Origin: Trichoplax adhaerens
Lineage: Eukaryota > Animalia > Placozoa
Length of the DNA stretch: 64,000 bases
Reading direction: 5' to 3'
Assembly (NCBI RefSeq): GCF_000150275.1
Contig: NW_002060974.1
Span: 279,744 to 343,743, forward strand
Under the pieces are notes generated by a model, which was not told where the DNA came from, searched no databases, and saw only the letters and a list, made by a program, of their open reading frames with translations. Position 1 is the stretch's first letter; the number at the start of each line of letters is the position of its first letter. Shown here in pieces: positions 1 through 12,053 of this stretch. A program made the translations under genes and the position numbers.

Positions 1-223
1 TGAATACGTGGAAGTGTCTAAATTATATTTTGTGAGTTTAGGCATATACTTTACTGTATTGTTAGCTCGGTAAATATATGGACTGTGTCAAAGTTACCGC
101 AGTGATTTCCTTACTGTAAGTAGACTAAACGAAGGGTTAACAGTAAACTATTGATTTCTAATTCTTTTGCAATGATATTGATCTAATTGTATTATTTAAT
201 TCAATACGCTGGCAAATAAATAG

Positions 224-3200
224 CTGAGACAATGCTACAATACGAAGCGGCTGGGGTAAGTAATAGGAAATGGCAGAACGTTATCGTGAATAAAAAAGCA
301 TGTGGTTATGAAAATATGTTGAATCGTTTCAACTACTTTACAATATTTTAATAATCCTTAAGAAGAATTTATGTGACAAAAATAGCAATCTTACATTTTT
401 TCTTGGAACTTTTGTAGACGTTTTTCGTGATAAATACGCAAAATTCCACTGAACATGTTCTATTGGTAAAGCTAAAGGATGAAGGCTCCGTAGTGGCGAA
501 ATTTCGAATTTTATCACAAGGGAACGGTATGATTGCAATTTACAATTTAAATAATTTTAACTGTTGAAAGTTTTATCAGTATTAAAGGGGAAATTGATAT
601 AGTGTCAGCTAGTCATTTCTTACTCCATAAGCTCTGCTATGTTGGCTTAATACTTTAATCAATAACCAGGCTAGAAGAAAATAAAAAATGAGAAGATTGA
701 CGAAATAATTGCAAATTTAATTAATGTACATTTAATTTTTAATTCGCGTAGTAAGTCATTCAAATCAACTCGCAGCCAGTTAGATATATAAGTAGCTAAT
801 ACCTTAATTTTTGCTGTTATCAACTTACGATCATAACATCGAACTATTCTAGTATTAGCACTACTTGTTAGCCTAACTTTTATTACCTCATGTAGTAAAT
901 ATTTGATCGTAGAACAATGCAACAGCTAGCACCGTATATTGCGTATTTCTTACGAACTATTATTAACTTAAATTTGTTCAGCAAGGGGGAATTGCCCGTT
1001 ATGACAGAGTCAGAGGTATTGCTAAAGCTTCAAATACTTTAGTGTAACCCCCTTACTTGATCCACGTAGCAACTTATAGTTATAAGTTACTTTCGGCCAC
1101 AAGTTAGAAACTATTTTATAATTCTTGATGAATATACAGCTTCCTCTATAACTGCTTTGATACAGGCCAATGGACAAGTAAATATTATAAATATAGCATC
1201 AATAAAATAAAAATAGACAATTGAAATTAAAAGAAAGATGATAATTGCGAGAAAAAAATTAATCGAAAACTTCCACAAATCTTGTAATTGTACTCAATGA
1301 ATCTTAATATCGTATGTTAAAGAATAAATTCTAAATAATTTCACTACTTCACAAATAAGGGTGGTTTTAAGATCACATATTATCACCATCGGAAATCAAT
1401 TCGTAATCATTGGCAATGGCATTAATGTCATTAATAACAAATTAATCATTGGATTATTTATTTGATGTAAATTCTATGAAATCGTCCCGAAAGGCGTAGT
1501 AGTGATCGGCTTGATCAATTTTCATAATTCATTACTAGTTTGATAGTATTTCTTAATTCGAAGGCGTTTTGAGGTAATTAAAAATTTTACAGACGTTCGA
1601 ATCGATGACTTCAATCAAAGTTTTAAAACAATAGATGAATTAATCGGGTGCTATGTTTGCTATCAGGATAAAGAATTAAAAGTCCAATTAAAAGTACTTG
1701 GTAAGACAACAGAAATTTTCTTTTCTATCACTTAATACAGCGAATGATACAATATGAAGTGGCAAAGTGTAATCTTGCTTTAAGGCTAAATACTTTTTTC
1801 AAAAACTGATATGATGGGATGGATAATGTAAGGTTATGTTTGCTATCTAAAGATGATGAACATTATACCCGTATTGATGATCTTTCACGAAGACCATCCT
1901 TTGATGGTCCAGATACTTCTAGCGGTAGGTTTTAAGTTATTGAATTTAAGACTTATTTTAAATGCGATTATTTTGGAATAATAAAGTGTACTTTCATACT
2001 ATTTATCTGCGATAGATTTAGAAAGCTCCTATGATGGTAGGTGTAAATATCTTAATGTTACCTCGCTTTGAATTTAAGTATCACTAAGGCCATTAAAACT
2101 GCTTTAGTTATATATAAAAAATTCGGTTAAAATCCGCTTGTTTATTTATTTCAAAACTCTTGTTTCATTACAGTACTGCTATGCGTAGTATTAGTTTAAT
2201 TCTTTAGTTTCGATGATAATTATGTCATTTATAAAAGCCATGATTAATCGATTTTGCTTGATATCCGGTTTTCAAAGTAAATTTATCTTACTACTTTATC
2301 CCATTGTCACAAAACAGCTTTGCAACAAGATAACGCAATATACGATCAATAAGTCAATTCCTTGAACCGCGTATCAAGGAACGATATCTGCACTATCACA
2401 AACACTTTTGCTCTACTAGCAGACTACACAAAGACTTAAACGCCTCGTATTTTACGTTAAACACTAAGTTGGACAATTCTTCTTTATTTCACGATATACT
2501 GCATTTATATACTATTCCTCAATAGTTCATGAGTCATAGTTAATACAATTAACATTAGAATCATTTACTGAATTAGATATTAATTTTAGCTACTGCTCCC
2601 TTAATGCAGACAACAGTATTTACGAACATAGACATGTAATGACTAATACAGAATAGTCAGATTACGATATGTCCTATCACGGAACATTTCCATGATAATT
2701 TACAGTCTACCATAAGTAAATTACAATCACAATGATTCGAACTGTAAGCAGATGATTTGCATTCCCTATTATAACTATTATAATTTCAGTATATGTATAA
2801 GTGTCACTGTCATAAAAAGTCAGTGCTATATTAAAATACAGTATATCCAAATTAGAAGTTAACTAAATAAGGATAGTCTAACAGAATTATCCTAACATAG
2901 TTATTTCTACTGTAATACAGTATTTAACACTGTAACACCCATCAATTTTGGCTTCTTCCGTCGATTACGTACGATAGAGTACTAGAAATTCAATTCTAGC
3001 TTTGACTTATGTCAATTTAAAGTAGTACAGATGTAATAAGATTTAAATCCAGTGAAACATCAGCCGATAGTGATACCTTTTATTACAATTTTTTGAGAGT
3101 TTAACGTTAAAGGACCGTAGTGTCCATCATAATCGCAGAAATGACGAGGAATAACTTTGTGAAAAAGTAATCTTTAAAGAAATGTGTAAGGAGAAAACCC

Positions 3201-6200
3201 TGTAAGATTACAGCCTGTACAATCTAGCATTATAATAAGAAAGAAATTCTGAAATCTTATATAATATTAGCTATTCTTTATTCAGCAGAAGTTACCCAGT
3301 TATATAGGAAGTATCGTCTACAAAAATATGTTATTTCTGCTATTACTATACCTAACTTAAAATTTACAAGTCTAGTAAACATACAAACTGGCTTTCCAAC
3401 ATTATCCTACTTTTTTCTACTTCCCTTGCCTAAATAATATTTCTAGGTCGTAGCATCAGACCTGTAGTTACATCTACATCATCAAAACATAATAATATTA
3501 GTTTCTACTGAATTTATCAATAACAAGCTACATAAGGAATTACATATACTATACAATTGCTACGTATAAATGCCGATATGAATGGCATAAATGGCATTCC
3601 CCTAGTTTAGTACGTAATGATTGATAATAGATTATAAATAATAAGATTTTTACTTTACGATACTGATAGTATTGTATCACTAACGCCACTAACTAATGAA
3701 ATATCTTTTATAATATGTTGCGGTAGTTTAACAATAAAATTCATCTAGAGTATAAGAGGTTTCTTTTAGTGTAAATTGTTCAATATAGATTGTACTTAAA
3801 TGAAGTTATCAGTTATGCTACAGTACATTGAAAAAAAACTTTACTAAGAATAAGTTATACCGTATTTAGAAGTATATACCATATCTATTTTTCTATATCA
3901 GGCATAAATAACTACTAATTACACTGTTCATATACTTTTAGTCGATAACGTTATCTTTATCACCAAGATAGATATCTGTAAGATATCACTACATTCTACT
4001 AAGTTATTTAAGAAAGCTAATCTTGCTAACGTTAAATTAAAATATTGAACTGCAAGTAGACACCGTGGTTTCGATATGACTTAGCGTATATAGGATAAAT
4101 TCCGATTTGGCTCATATAAATATCATATCCACTATTATGTTATAATTTAGAGAGCATAAAATAGCGCTATAGAAATTTACAGCATGGATATAACATTAAT
4201 ATGATAACAAAAATGATAACAAAAATTAGATAACTTCAAGCTAAAGCTGTTTATGCTATACTATCGAAAATAATATATTAACAGAATCAATTGGACAAAC
4301 TGAACCTCCGATATCACCTCCATTGTCGCCTCTATTGTCGCCTTCAAACTCCATTTCTGATTTTCCTTGCGAACGCCAAGGTAATGTTTTGTAAATTGGT
4401 GATGAAATAAAGAGCTCGAAACAATGACTTAAAGTGTACTTTATTTACGGTGATTGTTTAGCTTCATGTTGATAGTGCTAATATCATTTATCAGCTATTA
4501 TCAATATTTAGGTGTAATAAAAAGTATCATTTTCATAATTATATCTATTATCATTTCATATACAGTAGTTGTATTTAGCGCTAATTACAAATGGAATAAA
4601 TTCGAGTATGCTACGGCAGCTTTTATGTGATATAAGTTAAAATTGATTCGATATGAAATTACTTAAGATATGATAAGAACTATAACAAATTGAAATACCC
4701 TGACTAATGTCAGACTATTAGTACGATACTTATTCGAAATATTTATGAAATACAATGGAAATCTTAGATTTGATTTACGATATTCGTGGAATCTCCGATA
4801 TTGAGGGAAATAAAAGTTCGATCCGAAGGGGGTCATTGAGGAGAGCAATGCCGTTTTTTCCGTCAAAACGTACCCTAACTTTAAGTAGGGACGCTCAAGA
4901 AAGAAATGAAAGCACGTTGAAATTATTATTCGAAATTGACCCGAAAAAATGTAAATTAGGACCTTGGGATCCTTACTTACATGAGGTTAGTTTGTATAGA
5001 ATAAAAAGATTACATTGCATGGTGCAGAAGGTTCGTCATTTTGTTATAAAGTATAGAGAAAACCATGAAAGGGGTTAAGTAAGTATGATGCAGCATTTAA
5101 GAAGCAGTACAAATTTCTTTTTATCACAAATATAGCATTATACTATGGCGAATTAAAGTACTACGATAACATATTTTACTGCTCCATTTATGGACATAGA
5201 TTAAGGCTTGAACTCAAAAATGATTCCTATATTTGAATATGACGCCTGCAATCATTTTAATTTTAATCTTTTCTAAAAATGTTAGCTACATAAAACGTAA
5301 CTTTTTTCCGCTTGTTTGTTAAGAATAGTTGATTTGGATATAAGTGCTTTCTATAAGTCCGATCTATAAATCTATGCCATATAAGTGAATTCAGTCATTT
5401 AATCTATATTAGTTTAAATCTAAAAGTACCTAAGATTGTACTTAAAATTGCTCCCATAATACTCATGGCTACATTTGCCAAATTGAATTTATAGAAGAGG
5501 ACTGAATTATCATAAAATGCTATTTTTAAAATAGAAATTAAAATTTAAACTCTAATGGAAAAATCCATTTTAAACAGGTTTATATTCGATTAAAGAAGCT
5601 GAAAGAAAATTCTTTAAAGGATGAAGAAAATCAGCATTTAGTCGATAGAACTAAATTAAATGCGTTTGAGTCAGAATTGGAGTCAAAAATTTATTCTGAA
5701 TCTCGAGAATTTATATATAAGTATCTGAAAAAAAAATACTCTAGGTAATGATATTTGTATCTAAATTCAAGCATCAAGTTATACTTGTTCATACGGAAAT
5801 TAGAAAGCTATTATAATAAGTTTTTTGCTAAGGATGCTGGCTATTTATCGCTCTTCAAGTATTGAAATTATAACATATAATTGGCAACAATAGTTATACA
5901 TACGGTGTTTAAACACTTTGCGAACAGATGATAGAAATTTTTGAAAATATGTATTAAAAGTACAATAATTTTAACAGGCACTTTTACGGCGCCATTTGTG
6001 ATGTGCAAGTAAATAATTTAATGTAATATTACTGATAGTCATAGATTTGATGTCGTCTATTCGTACGATATATTATAATATTTATTTAATATTATAACTG
6101 CAAAAAAATACTGATATTTTTGACATGTTACGCATTTTAAACTAGATCACTCAAAACTGTTACAAGCCATATGGAAGAAATAGCGAAACAAAATTTAAAA

Positions 6201-7596
6201 GTACTACGGCTACCTTATAATCTGGAACTGCCTTATGATAAAATTAGGAGTGAATTTAAGAAGATGGAGAAAGAAAATTTACCTGAACGTAAATTGCATT
6301 ATTTAATTAAAGCATTTGGAAAGCTGCCGAAAGAGCAACGAGGTCTCAAATATCTAAATTATAATTATTTTTAAATCAACACGCATCAGTTTTAAATTGT
6401 TTCTTGGCAGGGTAGAAAATACAAATATCTTATTATGTTTTTCTTTAGATTTAAAGACTATGGTATACTGCATTAGTAAAATTTCCTTGCAGACGTTGGT
6501 TTATGAAGCCGATTACATCGATAATTTGGTTGATCCCAAAATGTTACATAATGAAAGTTTCCAAAAGGCATTCGTTACATTTAGAAATACAATATTGTTC
6601 TTACAGCAGTTGAATTCATCAGGAGAAGATTACCTATCTAATTTGCTCAAGGATAAGCAAAAAATTGTTAGGCTGATCATTCTTGCAGATGAAAATGTTA
6701 GTTTTGAGATGTTTTAAATTGATTTAACTACAGAAATAAATGATTCAAGTTTTCATAAATAATTTTGTTTCGGTAAACTTTAGGACTGTCCAGTTGCTCA
6801 AAGTATTGCTATCGAACCTCAAAAAACGATACGTGATTTATGTAAGCTACATCTACAAAGAATGATCAACGCTACGAGGAACTGCGAGAAATATGTCACT
6901 AATGATTATCGCTGAATTTCATTTTGTATAGATAAAATTTGCAAGTCGTGCACCGAAAGCATTTTAAAATTGCCTTGCAAAGAAGATGAATACATATTAA
7001 GTATCGTGGATAGTAATGACGAATGTAAGTTCAAATAAATTAAGGATCATTTGAAATAACACATCGCGCATTGATCACAAAGTCTGTTTACGAGATTAAC
7101 TGCTGGAACAAATTGTTCCTGCGCCTTAACATTAATAACTTACGTTAAAAGCGGTGCTGTTGATAGCTGAATTATTTATGTTAATTATTCATACAGTATA
7201 GAGATACTGGTATTTGTGGAAATTATAATAGTACAATTATAATTGTAGGATTTCTCACTGGTAGCTAAAGTATTTAGTTGCTACATTTGCTTGTGAATAG
7301 ATTTCTTACAATCTATAGTGCAGAACGTACATGAGTTAATGCATAATCTTAATCTAATTTCTTACTAACTTTGAAGCTTTATTAATTAAAATATTATTTA
7401 AGAATTTAAAGATTTTGAAGTGGTATAATATAATTCTAAATAATCTATTTATATAGTAAATTCTTTGGATGATAATGAAGATAAAGTCCAGTTAGCCATA
7501 CATGGGTCAGGCGACTATGCTGAGGCAATATCATCCGATTTCATTAATTTCATATACCATCGGAATAACGCAATTCAAAACTTTGTTTACGAATAA
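224..7596 (+). CDS. Gene A: RIN (Ras and Rab interactor)-like protein, SH2 - Pro-rich - VPS9-like - RA-like; 5' part lies outside the window
   Basis: Phase-consistent GT-AG exons: 224-255, 418-526, 1593-1700 (SH2: ETMLQYEAAG TFFVINTQ...FKTIDELIGCY...LKVQLKV), 1853-1924, 2016-2036, 4285-4380 (PPISPPLSPLLSP), 4768-4985, 5578-5744, 6146-6342, 6449-6696 (LVYEADYIDNLVDPKMLHNE, like RIN VPS9 LDTEIEYMMELLDPSLLHGE), 6784-6841, 6932-7024, 7457-7596 (ends NFVYE*). Near exon-for-exon paralogue of the 3' half of gene B; domain order matches RIN1/2/3. Confidence 0.8.
2305..2937 (-). mobile_element. Solo-LTR-like insertion (633 bp) in gene A intron
   Basis: Termini TGTCAC...GTAACA; perfect 5-bp TSD CCCAT (2300-2304, 2938-2942); hairpin TGTCACAAAACAGCTTTGCAACA at the left end; shares ACTTAAACGCCT and the terminal segment with the reverse complement of 26636-27135. 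Confidence 0.7.
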
Positions 7597-8395
7597 ATAC
7601 TTAGCCATAGCACTGCTGATTCATAATTAGATAATACGCCTAGTAATACGTATATTTTACTACTTTTATAACTAATCTGTAAAGTAATAGTAGGTGTAAA
7701 ATTGGATAAAATTTATATTTTACGCTTAGTTAAAATTCGATTTAGGCTAAGGTTTTTGTGGTTTCAACTTGTGCTTGAACGTGAAAGTGTAATTGATAGT
7801 AACACTATATAGTGGTTGTTTATGTTATAATTTGATATGATTGTAGTGAGTAATTATAAGGTTTCTTTACGATTTTGCTTATTTCGAGTCGTTTCTTTAT
7901 TTCATGAATTAGCAATATTTTTTAAATTACGTTCTTTTGTTGCGCTAGAAAGAGAATTAAAAAAAACTTAACTTACATCGTTAATAACTTTGATTAGCAA
8001 TTCGTATTTGGATATTAAATAATAAAAGTATTAGACTTATATTTAAATCATAATCAGGCCATTCTATAAACATTAAATTTTGATCTATCAACCATAATGA
8101 TCACATATCACCCAGTGTCTTACATACTTTGGTACTTGGGTCACCTTTAAATTTGCGGATAATATCTAGATAATTAGTAGATAGTGAATATCTATTCTAG
8201 TATTATCAATTCCTACCGAACGCAGTAAACTGTTTATTTCTCAGGATATCCGATTTTATCTATAGCTGTATAACAAGCTGCTAACATCATAGCTAAGTCT
8301 CTCTTGAAGAATCTGCGTGCTACAAATCTAAATTTACAACGATGAAAAATAGGACTATTATATAAATTTAAACTACGAGCCTACTGTCAGGTCTG

Positions 8396-8570
8396 TCCTC
8401 CCCGACATCTACTTACAGCACGACAGTAAATACTCAGAATTTTCTATCGTTATGAGGACAGCAACTTTTAGGCAAATCTGAACCCAATATTTATCGAAAA
8501 TAAAGTCAATTTATGGTCAATTTACTTAAGTATTCCAAGATAAGTTATTCTGTGTAATCTACATTGCGAT
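8396..8570 (+). repeat. Dispersed repeat, copy 1 (copy 2 at ~36128-36345)
   Basis: Core TCTGTCCTCCCCGACATCTAC is identical in both copies, followed by colinear similarity (CAGCACGA...TATCGTTA...AAGTTATTyTGTG). Confidence 0.65.
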
Positions 8571-11292
8571 AGCAACGCAAAAGTCACAGTACTTTATAAC
8601 ACCGCACATTATATCCTATATTTGTGAAACACGCAATGTATAAGCTTACCTACTGCTATCTATAAACTCGGAATTTTTGGACTTGACTCAATTCTATTTC
8701 GTGAGTTGATGGTATTAAGGCTTAATTTAAATGCGTTGTGATACTCCATTTTTTATCTGTTGATTCCACTAAAATGAAGGATACAAAGCTTAAAGGAAAA
8801 TAAGACTTGTACAATTAATGCTGTTCTTTTCTTACGCAGATAAGAATTTTACTGCAATGTAATGGTTACGGCCAATGTCCGAAGTTGGTCGTAACATAAC
8901 TATTAATTAAGTGCCGAAGAAACAGTTTCAGTATTTAGAAAGTCGATATTTTTGTCACTCTTTTAGAACTATATAAATTCTACGATACCGTAGCCTTAGG
9001 CGTTGAAGAAAAATTACTTCTCTCTTTTATTAACGCGAAAGATATCTATTATAATGTTTGATTCATTGAAAAAACTAACAGTAGATTTATTATTTTACTT
9101 TTTTGTGATCATTGCAAGTTCTTTAGCATTATGGCTCTTCTGCTTATTATACCAAAGTTCTTAATTCTTATTTATTAATATCAGGTCATAAAATTACTTT
9201 AAAGCTAATCTTGTACTTGATTTTGATCTCTATTATTCTTGAAGCTCATATTATACGTCCTTGTTTGATTTAATATGCAAATAATATGATTTACTTGGAA
9301 TAAATTACATACTATAATCAATTATCAATAATTTAAACTTTTTAAATCTTAGAAAACAAAGTATCATGAATAGCCAAATTATTCAAGTATATTTGCATTG
9401 ATTCATGTAAAGAAGTGGCTTAGTGTTCTCTAGCCTTGCATCTTGCAAATGAAAGAGTGCATGCGGGCTATGCATTTTATAGTTGTTTATGTAATAGAGT
9501 TAATATGGTCTTATATTTACTCCTTTGTTAAATTTAGTGTTGTTTAAAAAGCGAGACTTTAATTATGATAAATAATTACTCATATTAAGATAAGATAAAC
9601 AAGTTGACTTCGGATACTATAGTAAAGCGTATAGATTTCTTTGCTATATAGAAACCATATTCTAGAATTATGATCTGTTACGATTGTTGTTGTTTACGAT
9701 CCTCGCGATTTAAACAAGTAGAGTATAAAAGATAATTCTCTAGTTTCTAAAGTTAGTCCTGAATCCGGAGATCTATAGCATTGTATACTATCTCTTTCTC
9801 AGTATAGACACTAATAAACGATATTTCTAAAATCCTCTACCGAAACCGAATAACTTCGTTTACAATTCATTTTAAGATGACCGTATTTTTGAGATCAGCT
9901 TCCGTCTTGTTGAAAAACAAGAAATTCAGTATTCAGAGCACTAATTAGCGTATTCAAATACTTTAATGGCGAATAATCATTCACATCATAAAATTACTGT
10001 AATACAATGAGTCAGTCTTCTAACAGCTATATTGATCTCTTCTAACAGCCATATTGATAACAATATCTTGTTATCAATTATTTCAAGAATTATTGGCTGA
10101 ACAGTGATTTAGTAACGTAAGGAAATGACAGTAAACGCAGCAGAGTCACAGAAGAGGTTTTATACCTAGGAATAACGATTCTAGATTTTAAATTAAGCCT
10201 AATAACATTATTCTGCATTAGTCAGTATTATTATAATCGCGTTTAGTTCTCCAAGAATGTAGATAAAGCTGTTTGCTTCTTAAATTTCTTAGATACATCA
10301 AGTGGAATAGAAACAGGTTAAACTTACTGTAACAAAAAACCAGTAAAATACTCGTTTGGTCTAATTTCGATCAATCTTGATAGCCGGTTCATTACTACGA
10401 CATTTGTTAGCAAATTCTAGAGATGTTGTAGTGATTTACTTGCAGATATCTCTATTTTGACTAATTTAAAAACGATAATTTCAAATAACTTTTAGGCATT
10501 AACCGTGATATTTTGTAGATGTGCAGCTGAAAAATGGTAAAATTGAGTATTAAAGAACAATTATGTGGACAACTAATAATTTAATGATGACGAAATAGGC
10601 TTAATGAAAAGCCTATTAAATCACTTATTCTTTTTTAGCGTCATACAGTGGCTGGAACTATGTGCAGTAAGTGCTCTTGATTTTCTTATAGCCTAATATA
10701 AAATTTAGTCAATTGGTTTTAGTTTCAGTGAGTTCGCAAAATAGATATGAAATAAAGGCATTAGTGGTGAATATTACGAAAGTACAGAAACTAAGCTATG
10801 CTTAATAGAGTGGTGATTATTAATTGTTTAGCTTCTTTACTTTAATCGTAGATTGAGTCCTTGGCTACTGACATTATATTTCTTTTCTTATTAAAAGGAC
10901 AGAAATAAAGAAAATGTGTATATATATAACAGTATACGCGTACAAGCAGTAAGTTATGCATCATATTGTAAGCTAATAGAATGATGGCGGTACGTTATAT
11001 TATCGGATGAGAATGATTGAAAATGTATTTAAATTGAACTTATAGCAGGATATCACCAACGAAAGGGATTAAAAGAAGCCAGGCGGATTATCTTGAAAGG
11101 TTCTCAACTATCCTATTATATCAATTAAACAATTAATTTTATTATTGCATATGATTAAGGATTACGACAATAAAACGGAAGAATTCTTAATACTTTTTCA
11201 TTGTTTTATGAGCAGCCTACCCGAAATAAGCTCTATTCTACTCTTATGGTAGCATAAATAAATAATGTTTAATTATAAATTAGGCGCTACAT

Positions 11293-11550
11293 GAAGGCGA
11301 TGATTTACCACAAGCTGTGTGCCATAAAAATATTAGAAACAAAAGTATTTTGTTTATGATTAACTTAAGGCAGTAATGTACGTTGTTTGTATTCGTTTCG
11401 GTACCGTAAAAGTTATTGCTATTTTACTAGATAACTAACGATACAAGAAAGGCGATGATTCACAGCAAGGTTTTTGCTATAAGAACGTTAAAAACAAAAG
11501 TTTTCCATTTATATTTGGTTTAAAGCAGTAATATGCGTTGATTTTATTCT
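11293..11550 (+). repeat. Diverged tandem duplication (~105 bp x2, period ~155)
   Basis: AAGGCGATGATT...AAACAAAAGT...GCAGTAAT...CGTTG...TATTC occurs at ~11293 and ~11449. Confidence 0.7.
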
Positions 11551-11695
11551 TTGCAATCACAGTTGTAGCCATATCACGAGACTACTTTAGTCTAGATTGA
11601 CAATAAGGAGAAGAACTGTGATTGCACTGTAGTCTTTTCTTATAAAAGCAAATGTCTAAAAGTAGTTTTTCAAAGTTATTGCCTCTCTGTACATC

Positions 11696-12053
11696 ATGGA
11701 CAGTGACGATGATATTTATGACTGCATGCTGGAAAGTTCAGTCAAGCTAGTCTATGATCGAATACTTCCAAAGTTAGAAAGACAACTACCGACGAAAAAT
11801 TTTTGTAAAGGAGCTTTCAAACTTGGAATAATTGATTACGATAAAGTACTGACAGCGTCTCATGAACATATTAGTCCGGATATTAATAGGAAAATATTGG
11901 AATATATCGATTCTGAACAGTTAGATGATATCAAAGATTGGCTATCAATTATGTTTGATGATGAGAAATGCCGTCCAATTGCTTATGAATTCATCAACGA
12001 ATTAAGTGAATGGAAGTTAGAAGAACTTGTAGAAAATATAAACATAAAAGATG
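11696..12053 (+). CDS. Gene B first coding exon: CARD-like death-fold domain
   Basis: catcATGG start with an in-frame stop upstream and a strong G|GTAAG donor. The ~95-aa helical pattern RILPKLERQL..KNFCKGAFKLGIIDYDKV...NRKILEYIDSEQLDDIKDWLSIM resembles the CARD consensus (L..gil, arkLLd.l, f..fl..L). Judged by eye. Confidence 0.5.

Noticed and set aside
1-223. First SH2 exon (Trp-containing) of gene A
   Set aside because: Several candidate donors but no clean match to gene B exon 24046-24112; cannot be resolved at the window edge.
338-922. Short minus-strand ORFs here and similar 60-100 aa ORFs elsewhere (e.g. 16129-16359, 24445-24908, 48145-48408, 62469-62690)
   Set aside because: Antisense or alternate-frame shadows of real exons, or chance ORFs in AT-rich DNA.
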